Assembly: GCF_009914755.1 (NCBI RefSeq)
Contig: NC_060926.1
Source of the DNA: the human T2T-CHM13v2.0 reference genome, Homo sapiens
DNA length: 64,000 bases
Strand: one strand, 5' to 3'
In this document: positions 31,855-44,525 of the stretch, piece by piece
Position numbering within the stretch: position 1 is the stretch's first letter
Layout of the letters: the number at the start of each line of letters is the position of its first letter
Notes under the pieces: model-generated
The model's input: only the letters and a program-made list of their open reading frames with translations
Database searches by the model: none
Told to the model about the DNA's origin: nothing
Translations under genes and position numbers: made by a program

Positions 31855-33601
31855 TTCCATCCTCTGGCCCCATAAAATTCATGTTCTTCTCTCATGCAAA
31901 ATTCATTCAGCCCATCCCAGCAACCCCAGACGTTTTAACCCATTCCAACATCAATTCCAAGTCCAAAGTCTCACTGAATATCTAAACCAGGTATGGGTGA
32001 GACTTGAGGTATGATTCATCCTGAGGCAAAATTCTCTCCAGCTGTGAACCTATGAAACCAGACAAGCTTATGTGCTTCCAAAATACGATGGTGGGGAGGC
32101 ATAGAATAGACATCCTTATTCCAAAAGGGAGAAATTGGAAAGAAGAAAGGGGCAATGGATCCCAAACAAATCCAAAACCTAGCAAGGAAAATTCCATTAG
32201 ATCTGCAATCCATTAGGCTGTAGTCCCAGCACTTTGGGAGGCCAAGGCAGAAGGATTACTTGAGCTCAGGAGTCCAAGACCATCCTGGGCAACATGGCGA
32301 AACTCTGTCTCTACAAAAAATACAAAAATTAGCCAGGTATGGTGGTGCATGCCTGTATTCCCAGCTACTCGGGGGTAGGGGTGCTGAGGCAGGAGGATTG
32401 CTTGAGCCCAGAAGGTCAAGGTTGCAGTTAGCCATGATCACACCACTGCATCCTAGCCTGGGTGACAGAAGGAGACCCTGTCTCAAAAAAACAAAAAATA
32501 ATGAATAATCCTCTTTGGCTGAATGCTGTGCCCACTGGGGCAGCTTCATCACCCCCACCACCCTAGGTGGTAGATCCCATTCTGCAGCTCTGCTAGTCAC
32601 CTTGCCCCTGAGGCACTGGGCAACATTTCGGCCCACTGAAACCAAGAAGGTGGCCCCGCTCTCTGAAAGCAGGAAAAAACAACCAAGCCCCTGGGCCTGG
32701 GGTGTGAATGGCAGCCCTGATAATCTCCAAATTGTCTTCAGGGGTCATTCTTCCCTTTTCTTGAAGGATAACGTATGTTCAAAGCTGGATAACTCTATTG
32801 TCCTGTCCTGTAGAATCCCAGAAGTCCAACAGCCTTCTTTCATTCTGTTCCATTTTCTCTGTTTTCTTTAGTCCCAGCTGGAAGTGTTTCTGCTAATATA
32901 ATCCCATCTCTATTCCTGGCTTCAACTGAGATGGTTGATTAAGTTCGTGGGAATCTTTTTATGGAGTGATTGTCCAGACAGGCCTTTGGTATTTGCACCA
33001 AGCAGAGAAACGTGTTTTCTCTCTTTTTGAAATATGGACAGGCTGAGCATTTCCAAATCTTTAAATTCTGGTTCCTTTTTGCATAACAATTCCTTCAACT
33101 TATCTCTTTCCTCTTGCATTTTATTATAAGCAGTAAGGAGAAACCAGGCTACACTTTCACCACTTTGCTTAGAAATCTCCTGTGCTAAATATCCAAGGTC
33201 ATCACTCCCAAGTTTTACCTTGACTGAACACAATTCAGCCAAGTTCTTTACTACTTTATAACAAGGATTGCCTTTTTACCAGTTTCCAACATCATGCTCC
33301 TCATTTCTGAGACCTTACCATAAGTACATTTAATGTTCATATTTCTACCAACATTCTGTTTATGATGATATATGTATTCTCTTAGATGATAGAAACTTTT
33401 TCTACAACTCTTTCCTTTCTGAGCCTTCACCAGAATCACGTTTAATGTTTGTATTTCTACCAACAGTCTCTTCAAGGCATTCTAGGCTTTTTCTAACATG
33501 CACCTCAAAACTCTTCAGTCTTTGCCCATTACCTAATTCCAAAGCCACTTCCACATTTTTAGGTATTTGTTATAGTAGCATCCACTCTTGGTAGCAAAAT
33601 C
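31855..33601 (-). mobile_element. MLT1A-type MaLR internal sequence with gag-like ORF remnants and tRNA-Leu PBS
   Basis: ORF remnant DDLGYLAQEISKQ..VAWFLLTAY (32922-33242); PBS tgctaccaagagtgga at 33596-33581; contains AluJ ~32217-32500. Confidence 0.85.
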
Positions 33602-33667
33602 TATATTAGTCAGGGTTCTCTGGAGAAACAGAACCTATAGGAGATATATACATCTCCTATGTATACA

Positions 33668-34083
33668 TAGATGGTCCCCAACTTATGATGGTTCAGAATT
33701 ATGATGTTTTTCACTTCATGATAGTGCAAAAGCAATACACATTCAGTAGAAACCATTCTTCAAATTTTCAGTTTGGATCTTTTCCTGGGCTAGCGGTATG
33801 TGGTATGATATTCTCTCATGATGCTGGGCAGCAGCAGTGAGCTGCAGCTCCCAGTCAGTCATACAATTATGAGGTTAAATAACTGATATTCTACAGTTTA
33901 CTGTATTGCCCGATGATTTTTGCCCAACTGTAGGCTAATGTAAGTGTTCCGAGCACATTTACATTAGGCAGGCCAAGCTGTGATGTTTGGTAGGTTAGGT
34001 GTATTCAGTACATTTTTGACTTATGATATTTTCAACTTACGATGGGTTTACTGAGATATATCCCCATCATAAGTCAAGGAACA

Positions 34084-34087
<4 letters not shown>
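33668..34087. mobile_element. MER47-type Tigger MITE inside MLT2 LTR
   Basis: agatggtccccaacttatgatgg ... ttttcaacttacgatgggttta...cataagtcaagga. Confidence 0.8.

Positions 34088-34133
<46 letters not shown>
34084..34133. repeat. (TG)n(AG)n compound microsatellite
   Basis: Direct reading. Confidence 0.95.
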
Positions 34134-34136
<3 letters not shown>

Positions 34137-34635
34137 GAGGTATTGGTTCAAGCAATTATGGAGGGTGGCAAGTTCAAAATCGGTAGAGCCAATGTCCCAG
34201 TTTCCATGTGAAGGCCAGCAGGCTACTGCAGAATCAGGAAGAGCTGATGTTCCAATTTTAGGTTTGTCAGGCAGAATTCTCTTTTATTTAGGGCAGGGTC
34301 AACCTTTTGTTCTATTTAAACTTTCAACTGATTGGATGAGGCCCACCTGCATCATGGAGGGCAATCTGCTTTACTTAGTCTACAGATTTAAATGTTAATC
34401 CCATTCAAAAACACCCTCATAAAACACCCAGAATAATGTTTGACCAAATATCTGGACACTTCATGAACCAGTCAAGTTGACACATAAGATTAACCATCAT
34501 AGGAATCATACCAGAAGATAGATGTGATCAAGGCTTAATGAGTATCCAAGACCAATGTAAGAGATTAGCACCAGGGCTAGAATTGTGATTTGCCATTCAG
34601 TCATTTCATACACATTTACTACACACATATTACTA

Positions 34636-35137
34636 GTATCTCAGTTATCTATTGCTGTGTAACAAATCACACCAAAATGTAGTGGCTTAAAACAGCAATG
34701 ATTTATTATTTCTCATGATTTTGCGGATCAGGAATTTGGGTAGGGCTCAGCTGGTTGGTTCTTCTGCTCCAGGTGGCATCTTAGTGCCACTTATTCAACT
34801 GAGTTAGCCTAGAAAGTCCAAAATGGCTGCACTAAAATATCTGATGCCTTAGCTCCTCCACATGGCCTCTCTGTCTCCATGTGCTGTCTCATCATTCATG
34901 AATCTACCCACACTTCTTTTCAGCTAGGTGGCTAGATTCCTTGAGAGCATTCCAATAGAACAAGCCGCAAGAGGAGAAGCAAGTGCTTATTAGATCTATA
35001 CTTGCATCATGCTTATCAATGTTACATTGTCCACAGCAAGTTACATGCTCAAGCCCGTGAGGGGAAGACAACGATACAAGGGCATGAATGCCAAAAGATA
35101 TTATTCACTGGGAGCCACCAATATAACAGTTCACCCC
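34636..35137 (-). mobile_element. MaLR solo LTR (MLT1G/H-like)
   Basis: agttatctattgctgtgtaacaaatcac...gtagtggcttaaaacagc. Confidence 0.7.
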
Positions 35138-35376
35138 AAGATATGAGGGGACACTACTCCTGACTCTTGTCCTCAAGTATCTCACAGACCAGTACAGCAC
35201 TTCTGAAATGTGTTAGAGATCACAGAATTCTCAACATCATTCATGCATTCAGCAAGCCCTAATATGAATTCCTGACATCTGATAAAGTGTCCCATTTTGT
35301 AAAGGCAGATTATCATATGATGATAAGTGTAGTCACATATTTATACTTTTCATACATATATTAATACATTTTTTAA

Positions 35377-35668
<292 letters not shown>

Positions 35669-35705
35669 TCAACATAAATTTTAAACTAAAAATGTTACTA
35701 GTTTT

Positions 35706-36005
35706 GGCCAAGCACAGCAACTCACACCTATAATCTCAGCACTTTGGGAGGCCAAGTCAGGAGGATTGCTTTTAGCTCAGGAGTTTGAGACCAGCCTGGG
35801 CAACATAGTGAGACCCCGTCTCTACAAAAAAATATAAAAATTAGCCAGGCATGGTGGCATGCACCTGTAGTCCTAACTACTCAGGAGGATGAGGTGGGAG
35901 GATCACTTGAGCCTAGGAGGTCAAGGTTGCAGTGAGCCATGATTGGGCCACTGCACTCCAGCCTGGGAGACAGAGCAAGACCCTGTCTCAAAAAGAAAAA
36001 AAAAA
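35706..36005 (+). mobile_element. AluJ
   Basis: J diagnostics. Confidence 0.9.
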
Positions 36006-36425
36006 TTACTAATTTTGTGTGTTTGTGGGAGGAGACTTTTTACATTCCATGGTACGGTAACGTTGCTCAAAAAGTTCTGGAAATGCTGGCCTGGTAGGAA
36101 TTTAAAGCTTATAGAGAAGGGCTTTAGGTGTCTAGGACCATAAATGCAGGCTGCCCACAGTGGATCAGACACAGTTTGTTCCAGAGGAATGGAAAGCCCT
36201 CCTTTCTGTGGGACTGCCTGTGTCCCTTGTGTCCCTTGGCCTTGAGTGATGGGAGGTCAGGAGCATCATTGCTACACCACCTGAGGAGTGTCTGGGACAG
36301 CCCCTGTCAGTCGACTCCAACACATTCTACTGCATCAACACTGACCCTCTGTCACCTGGCGCGAAAGAATCCCATGTCTTACACACTGGGCAACACCCAC
36401 CCCACTCTACCCCACCCCATCTCAC

Positions 36426-36507
36426 TGCACTTCAGAATGATTGTGGCTATCAAGAGGCAGTTTTCAAGAGCTTAAAAGTTCTGTCCTGAAGCCCCCTCTC
36501 TGAGACA
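36426..36507 (-). pseudogene. Candidate decayed exon
   Basis: cctttctttatgcag| ... |gtgaga; CLREGASGQNF*ALENCLLIATIILKC (82 nt, phase link downstream unresolved). Confidence 0.4.
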
Positions 36508-36945
36508 CTGCATAAAGAAAGGCCCCCAACACGGACCACCTCCAGGAGCTCACTGAGAAAGCTGCCAGCCAGGGACAGGGGCTACCCAGGGTGGACTTCA
36601 TGCACCAGCTGCAGTAGAATCTCCAGAAGCTGCTAGGAGATTCCAATTCATTCAGTTGGAAGGGGCCTGGGAATCTTCATTCTTAGTCTCTGCTGTGAGG
36701 ATTATCACAGGTCACAGGAGGCTAGGCCCTTCCCAAATTTAGGGTTTCTAGGTGGTCGTTTCTGAAAGGTCCCCATAGACTGAGACCACTTTAGGACAGG
36801 AAGGGGCAGGTGAGGGAAACCAACCCTGAGATGTGGCCCTAGCTGATGTCCAGGCAGGATGCAGGTGACCGGCAGCCAGAGATTCAAGTCACTTCATGTG
36901 CTGAATGAGCTTTGTATTTTTCAGAGCTTTTTATTTTTATCTTAC

Positions 36946-37023
36946 AACCTCAGAAACAACTTGTTTCCACAGGTTCTCCTCACAGAACAATCCTCTGAGA
37001 TTAAATCTGTTTTGAGTTGTATT
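36946..37023 (-). pseudogene. Candidate decayed exon
   Basis: Donor |gtaaga; polypyrimidine tract ending caa (inferred AG>AA); 78 nt, phase 0-0 NTTQNRFNLRGLFCEENLWKQVVSEV. Confidence 0.45.
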
Positions 37024-37366
37024 TTGAAAAAAGAGGAAATTGGATCCTGGTTCCAGATGGGATGGAAGGAGAGGAGAGAGAGGGAGTTCAGGAAGGAGGC
37101 AAAAGGCATAGATTTCCAGAATCTTCCTCATGGTTTCCTCTCACGTGCATCTCATCCTGGCACTCCTACCCATGAAGACAAAACCCAGCTCTAGCTTGAA
37201 TACACCCCCCCCCACCCTTCCTGCCTCCCTCCCCCGCATTCCAAAGCTGCCCACAGCACCTCTCTGAACCAGGGCCTCTGGTCTCACCTGGTCACCAGCT
37301 CTGCCTGAGTCCTTCCCTCCAGGACCTTCTCTCCAGAACAGCCCAGATCCCCCAGTGTCTACTCAC

Positions 37367-37438
37367 AGCTGGTTGCTCAGGAAGGACAGGGTCTGCCCAC
37401 ACAGCAAGGACCTTGGAGAGCAATTCTTAACCCAAGGT
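37367..37438 (-). pseudogene. Candidate decayed exon
   Basis: gctgcag| ... |gtgagt; 72 nt, phase 0-0 TLG*ELLSKVLAVWADPVLPEQPA. Confidence 0.45.
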
Positions 37439-37646
37439 CTGCAGCACTGGGTCAGGCAGTGCAGGTAGGAGCATACTTAGTGTCTTTCTTGGGCCCTGTG
37501 GGCAGCCACGGAGCCCCCTACACACTGGCCCATGCCTGCAGGTTGCCCATCATTCTCCTGTCTGATTTCACCCCACTTCTGTGCATGAGTGACTCTTGCC
37601 TGAACTCTTTTCTAATCCCCTTGTGGGTTTTCCTCAAGAGCACATG

Positions 37647-38210
37647 CTGTTAACCTGGGGTCCACAGATGCCCCTTCTCACCCAGAGGTCTGGGAATAGA
37701 ATTCAGGGGTCCATGAATGTGGGGGTTGTTTTATTCTTTTTTTCTCTTTTCTACCTTTCCTATGATGCTGCCATTCATGAGTTCAGACGGTAAAAAAAAA
37801 TGCCTCCTTATTTTCACTAGGCTCCAACTGAAAGGTAGCCTCTCCTTTCAACATGGACGTAGGAAAAATCTCCAGTTGTATTTGCAGAACCTCAAGCTTT
37901 GTCACCAGCCCAGCCAAACTCACAGGCATTTTTAAATCACATCTGAGTTGTTGCAGGTCTTTTCAAATATCATTTATATTATCACCACTTTAAAGTGATC
38001 ACAATTAAAGTGTCAATAAAGAAGCACACATATTACTACATCAGAGCTGTTTTCTTAATGCTTTGGTAAATGTATTTTAGTAGCATTGGTTTCTTCTGCA
38101 GCCCTGTGAATTTTGTTTTACACATTTGAAAACATTATTCTGAGAAGGGGTCCATCCATAGGCTTCACCACATGCCCATGGGGTTTATGCTACGTGAAAG
38201 GTCAAGTCCT
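37647..38210. mobile_element. hAT-Charlie element (Charlie4/MER80-like)
   Basis: aacctggggtccacaga...atagaattcaggggtccatgaa...ctgagaaggggtccat. Confidence 0.6.
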
Positions 38211-38666
38211 AGAATTCTCACACTCTTCAGTAGAAAATCACACCCCTAAATGTGTCCCTCTCCACTAGTAATTATGCTTTTGGTGTTCTCCTGATTGAGA
38301 AAAAGTTTTAATAGCAACAGCCATTATGCAATGCTTGCCTTGAAACAAATGTGCATTTTATTCATTACAGTAGTATCTCCTAACATTTGAAAAACAGCAG
38401 CCACATCAGTAGGAAAGCTGTCCTAAGCCAGTCTGGTTCCCTGGCCCCACCATTCAGGTCCACTGAGTTAGACCATGTGGATCTACTAGGCAGAGGCCTT
38501 GGGCCTCAGATTGAGTAAGCCCCATGCTCCCGGCACGAGGCTGAGCCCCAGGAATCACTCAACAGGCATGAGCTGACTGGAGCTGCCCTGAATTTGCTGG
38601 CCAGGGTGGAACATGGCCGGCTGGGTCTCCTTACTTCTCCCCCAGCCTCTTAGCCCATTTGGCGCT

Positions 38667-38814
38667 AAGTTGCCAGACTTTGCAAATAAAAATAAGAATG
38701 CCAGGTTAAATTTGAATTTCAAACAAATAATGAATAATTTTTAGTATAAATATGTTCCATGCAATATTTATGACATACTATACTAAAAAGTTATTCATTG
38801 TTTATCAGAAACTC
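38667..38814. mobile_element. MER53 palindromic MITE (truncated)
   Basis: gttgccagactttgcaaataaaaat...ttagtataaatatgttccatgcaatatt. Confidence 0.85.
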
Positions 38815-39226
38815 TATGCTCTAGGAGCCTGTTCCCAGAGAAGTCCTTGCCAGGACCAGCAGAAGCTGTGCCGAAACCCAGATTCTCTGCTGAGACTTCT
38901 ACCTCTGCCCCGGGTCTGGCCGCGGAGAGACACCATTCAGGGTAGGGAGTAGGGCCAGGGAGGTGCCCAACAGCAGCCCATAGCCCCCACGGCCCACACT
39001 TCAAGCCATGCCCCACCCCTGGCTAGGTCTCAGATCCCCAGCCGTAAAATGAGAGAACTAGTCCAGGGTGGAACTCTAAACTCCATCGTGGCTCAGAATT
39101 AGATTTAATAACCCGATAGTCTTTACTGCAGGAAAGAATCTTTAACTTCCACTAGCATGAGGAGGATGTTTGCAGACCCAGAAGGCCTCCACACTCAGCC
39201 CTCCTGAAGCAGCAGGCCTGTGCTAC

Positions 39227-39294
39227 CTCCATTCACGTCAGCCCTGGAGCCCCCTCATGCAGCAGAAGCTCCCACAAATCAGCCCACCACGGCA
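39227..39294 (-). pseudogene. Candidate decayed exon
   Basis: gtcctttctaacag| ... GAG|gtagca; 68 nt, phase 1-0 PWWADLWELLLHEGAPGLT*ME. Confidence 0.45.
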
Positions 39295-40243
39295 CTGTTA
39301 GAAAGGACCCAAGGGCCAGGTACCCACACACAGCAGCAGAAACACAGATGCACTCAGCTGGGGAGCAGGGGGGCAGAGAAACCCAGAGGGGTGTCAATGC
39401 AGAGAAGCCCTCACACACACGGACCGAGAAGCATTCCTACATGGTGCACACCCGGCACACACGTGCCCTCACCCAGAGCATGCATGCATGCCCCACACAG
39501 ACACACACCCAGACGGTGCAGACCACACTCCTGCACCCTCACACACTCACCACACATGATCTCACACACATTCCCCGAAAGCAACAGGAACACAGCCAAT
39601 CTCAGCTGCATCCCCAGCCACCCCACATCTGTGGTCCTCATCCTGTACCCCAAATGTCCAAGGTGTTCCTGGGCTAAACCTTCTCCCAACTGCCTCTGCA
39701 AGCTGCTTGGAGGGCGGTGGGGTTGTGGGGAAAGCCAGGCAGTGCTTTGTTTTTCACATCAGGCTAAAGCAATAGATCACCTGAAAGTTGGATTCTGGAA
39801 ATCAAGATGTTAACTTGAATGGTGATGATGATGACAACAGCAGCAGCAAAAGCCACACTTGCCAGCACCCACTGAGCACAATCTATGCCCCAGCAACCAC
39901 GCTAAATGCTTAACATACATTCCCTCATTCAACCCTCACAACAATCCATAACGTAGGAACTGATACTTTGCTCATTTATAGATGAGGAAGCTGAGGCTCG
40001 GAGGAGTTCAATGTCTCTGTGGAGATTCCAGCATCTGACCCAGGGCCAACTCCAAAATGTAGCCTTACCTGCAGAGCCGCACGATAGGACCCAGGGATGT
40101 TTCAGCCCAGTCGCGGTGCAGCCAGTGTGCACAGGCACATGCGCGCACACACACACACACACCCCACTTGCAGAAGGGGCTGCTTGGGCAACAGTTTCCT
40201 TGTGGAAAGTGCTAAAAAGGCCTTGACTGGCAGAGAGGCTTAT

Positions 40244-40374
40244 TCTCCTCCAAGGCCAATCCTTTCCTGGTGAGGTGTGGACCCCAGATAGAGCTCTCCC
40301 CCATAAGGCAGGTCTGTGAGATCCGGAGAGGGAGGTGCTCCAGGTCCCCTTGATAACCAGAGACCAGGTTATCT
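40244..40374 (-). pseudogene. Candidate decayed exon
   Basis: cctctcagtcctctcag|; inferred GT>AT donor ataagc; phase 2-1, open DNLVSGYQGDLEHLPLRISQTCLMGESSIWGPHLTRKGLALEE. Confidence 0.35.
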
Positions 40375-40746
40375 CTGAGAGGACTGAGAGGATATCAGTG
40401 GGCTCACTTTCCCCTGCCCTCTGTGTGGACCCCTGCCCCAGAGAGCCAGAGCTAGGCCCCTGGTGGCACAAGAGGTTTTCACACCAGGAGAGTGCCACCT
40501 CCGCTCTGCAGCCAAGCGCCCTGCGCCACTCGAGCCCACCCCAGGAGGGCACAGAGACAGCCCCTGAAGAGCCCTCAGAGAGGCCCGTCTCAGGGTGACC
40601 AGCCTCTGGGACATTCTTAACCCCAACCAAAGTGGGGCCACCCTGTGGAGCCTCCACCTCTGCATGGGGGCCTGGCTAACAGCTGCTCCCAGCTGGAAGT
40701 TCTTTATGCGCCCCCACCCAGTCAGTCCCCAGGAGACGTGAAGGAA

Positions 40747-40798
40747 GCTTTGATGGAACCTATCAAAGCATTCTTGTTCTCACAGCTGTTTCCCGGAA
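40747..40798. promoter_or_regulatory. Inverted TCF/LEF pair + E-box + STAT GAS site
   Basis: GCTTTGAT-N7-ATCAAAGC (40747-40769), CAGCTG (40783-40788), TTCCCGGAA (40790-40798). Confidence 0.5.
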
Positions 40799-41276
40799 GG
40801 GCAATTATAGCCACAATAACCCTACACATCTGGTGAAGGGGCCCAAAGCCGGTACTCTACCCTCAGCTCTGCTGGAGGGGTCCTGCCCATCAGCAGAGGG
40901 AAAAAGGACTTGTGCACATCAGAGACTCAGTTTAGAACCCTAAACCATTAGAACTGGAAGGGGCCACCCTATCCCCATTTTACAGATGACTAAACTGAGG
41001 CCAAGCCTGTACCCAAAGAGCTCCTCACACAGAGCCCTCTTCCCCCACGGACTCCCTCTCTAGACAGACCCTGGCTCCTCCTCCTCTAGCTCAGGTGGGC
41101 CTCCACTTAGACACTACCAGCCCAAGAAAGGCCGTGGGAGGGACCTGGGACTGCGATGGTCATATGGAGGGGAGGCTCCTGCTCTGTCTCCTTCAGAGGG
41201 ATGATTTGCTCCTGCCTGAGCCATTGCCTCTTCTTGGATGCTATATTTATACCTCAATCTATGAATTTATTTCAAT

Positions 41277-41496
41277 CAGGATTTCTAACCTGGGCACTGC
41301 TGACATATTGGGCTGGGCAGTTCTTTGTTGGGGTTGGGGCTGGCCTGTGCATCGTGGGGTGTCACAGCATCCCTGACCTCCATCCACTAGATGCCAGTAG
41401 CACCGCCCCCTCCCCAAGTTGTGACAATCAAAATTATCTCTAGACATTGACGAATGTCCCCTGGGGACAAAACTGTGCCCAGTTGAAAACCACTGA
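41277..41496. mobile_element. MER20
   Basis: ggcactgctgacat...ccactagatgccagtagca...gttgaaaaccactg. Confidence 0.85.
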
Positions 41497-42589
41497 CTTA
41501 AATGGGCTTCAGTGAGCATGTTGAGACTGTCCCCTGGGTCTTCCCAGGGGTGCAAGGAAGAAGGTGCCATAGATCTTCCTTCCTGAGGCGTGGAGCATCT
41601 ACTATGGGCAGATGGGATAAAGCAGCGTGTGTCAGGAAATCCTGCGCAAGTCTAAAGCTGGGAAAAACCACAGAGGCTGAGATCCAGCAAGGCAGGCTTC
41701 CTGGACAAGGTGAAATTCCACTGGGGACTTATGTAGGCAGTTGAGGGAGAAGGGATTTTGAGGGGAAAGTCTCAAACACAGTAAGCAGAGCCCAGGATGT
41801 GGGATGACTGGGAGAGCATCCTGGAAGGATGGCACTGCTGGCTGGATTTTAATCTGGTGTGGGGGGGGGCGGGGTGTCTGTTTGCCTCAGCTGCCTTCCT
41901 CCCAGAGCAGGTCCCTGAGCCCAGGGAGCAGGGAAGACACTGAGGAGGAAGGAGGGAAGGGGGATGGTAGGGTAGGGGATAAGGGCATGTCTGAGATCCC
42001 AGAGGGCCAGTTACGGGCTTCTCCTCCCAGAATCCCCAGCACCCAATACAGAACCAGCCTAAGGAAAAGCTGAGATGATGAAGCCACCGACTTGAAGAAA
42101 AGGTCCGACGGAGAAGAAAGGCACCTGGGATCCGGAGGGCTGGGAGCACCGCCACTGATGCCAACGGGGGCCCAGCCTGAGGGCGAGCCAGGGACCTTAC
42201 CAGCCCCAGCCTGATTTCCCAGGGTCTGTCCTTGCCCGATGTCCCTCCCTCAAAGTCCATGTGGGATGGGAGCGGGGTGGGGGCAGCCCTAATCAAGGGA
42301 TGGCTGCTGGACTTGGAGCTGACCACTGGCTCCCTGGCAGGCCTTAGACCTTCCGCAGAAGGATTTCAGCAGGTTCCTCAGAGCAGAATGGTATGCTCCT
42401 TGACCTCGGGAGCTCCCTTCTCAGACAAAAGCCCCGGTTCCCCACGCCCCGTCTGGGCTCCCTGAGGCCTGGCTGCACGTCCCTCCTCCGATAGGGCTCC
42501 CTGAGGGCAGGGTCCGCTCCTTCCGCGTGGTCCCTGCGGGGAAACGCCGTGTGGGGCTGGGGCTGCCCACAGGGAGCTTCTGGGCCGGC

Positions 42590-42608
42590 TAGCCAGCAGG
42601 GGGCGCTG
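42590..42608 (+). promoter_or_regulatory. CTCF binding motif
   Basis: TAGCCAGCAGGGGGCGCTG versus core consensus CC(A/G)(C/G)(C/T)AG(G/A)(G/T)GGC(G/A)C, in a CpG-retaining patch. Confidence 0.75.
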
Positions 42609-44255
42609 TGGACTCAGACACGCGGCTCTGGCCAAGGATGGGAGGCGGCTGGATGGATGGTGAGGTCTCCCTACAGCAACTCTTGTCATATCCCCCGCCC
42701 AGCCAGGCTCTCCTGCCTTGCACACAGCGAGGTCTCCACCTCCTCACAACTTCCCAGCCCAGCCCCATTGTTCTCCCTGTCCTCTGGCTGAGGAAGCAAG
42801 AGAAGCAATTATTATGCCCATTTTGCAGATGAGGAGACTAAGGTCATTCAGATGCCAAAAGAAAGGCAGAAGGGGCAGCAGCAGGGCAGAGTGGATAGCA
42901 TCTGGACTTTGGAGCTAGAAGCCACTGGTGTACTGTGTGCCACCTCAGCGGCTCAGTCCCCGTGTGGTTGCAGCAACCCTTGGGGCCTTATTGAGCAAAG
43001 CACTGCAGTTGCAACCAGGGAGAGGAGTGCGGCAGCCCACACAGTCCCCGGCTGAGAACGAGTCTGACACTGGACCCTGCCGCCGGTGTGGACAGCACTG
43101 GGTCCTGGGGAGGAAGTGCTGCAGAGGGGAAGAGGCGGCCTCGCCCAAGCCCTCTGCTGGGTGGAGATCACAGACAGCCAGAAAGGGGGAAGAACAGGAG
43201 GACTGTGCTGGAGAGACCTGGTCCCTCTGCACTTTCTCCCAGGTCCTAGCAAGTCATCAAAACAGCGGGTGCCGCATGGACGCCCTGTGCTGCCCTTCAC
43301 GGTGTGCCAGGCCCAACCACCCACCCTGGGAGGCAGGTTATGTTATCCTCCCATTTGACAGATGAGGAAAGGAAGACCGAGAGAGAGAAAGTCACTTGTC
43401 CGAGGTCCCCAGTGGGAAGTGGGTAAAACGGGATACCCACACCCAGGTCTGCCTGGTATGTAGCCACAACATAGGGTTGGTGGAGCTACAGTCTAGGTAG
43501 AGAGAAGAAGGCCCTGTCTGTGGCCAGGGTCGGGGCTGAGTCTGTAACTGGGAAGGCACCCCAGGGAGGAGCATGCTCAGCAGGAAGTGGACAGAGTAGG
43601 GGCATGGAGGAAGGAGCACCAGCCATGTGTCTCCAGTCAGGAAAGCCTCCTGGAGGAGGCAGTGAAGGGGGAAGAGGAGGAGAGGAGGGCCTTGCCAGCA
43701 GCCTGAGCACTGGTAATGAAGCAGGTAGGCCCAGCTGTTTCCAGATGCACATGGTCTGCACCCAGGAGGGTCAGAGCATGAAGCTGGAGGGGCAGGCAGG
43801 GAGACACTGAGAGGGGGGCACCATGGCATCAGAAAAGAGCCCCTGGCAGCTGTGCGAGGATGGCCTCGGAGTTCTGATTGGTTCCGCTGGCTGTTCTTAA
43901 GGAAAGAGATGAGGATCTAAATTACTATAGAAACTGAGGGGTGGAGAGGAATGAGGAAGAGGGGATGAAGCCTTAAGACACCAAAGCGTTAGAACTCACC
44001 AGATGAGAGGGCCAATAAGATGCCCTGGACAGAAGGAGTGGTCAGGGGTGGCTCAGCCTCTGGTGTGGATGATGGCTTACAGTGTGACTGTGAGCTAAGA
44101 TGTAGCATTCAAGTGGAGGAATGTGCTGGTGAGAGAAAGACAAGTTTGGTTTGGGACAAATGAGTGTGAGGTATGTATGGGCTATGGAAGTGGACGGGAG
44201 CTTTGAGCTCAGAGTTAAAGAGGGATAAGGGGTCAGGACAGGAGTGGTAGTTCTT

Positions 44256-44525
<270 letters not shown>

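Larger units (their letters stand above)
33602..34501 (-). mobile_element. MLT2 (ERVL) LTR acting as 5' LTR
   Basis: tattagtcagggttctctggagaaacagaacc ... gattggatgaggcccacc ... gtcaagttgacacataagattaaccatcata. Confidence 0.9.

Noticed and set aside
39929-40657. 242-aa minus-strand ORF
   Set aside because: Runs through a (CA)n tract and a MIR; the putative exon inside it uses another frame.
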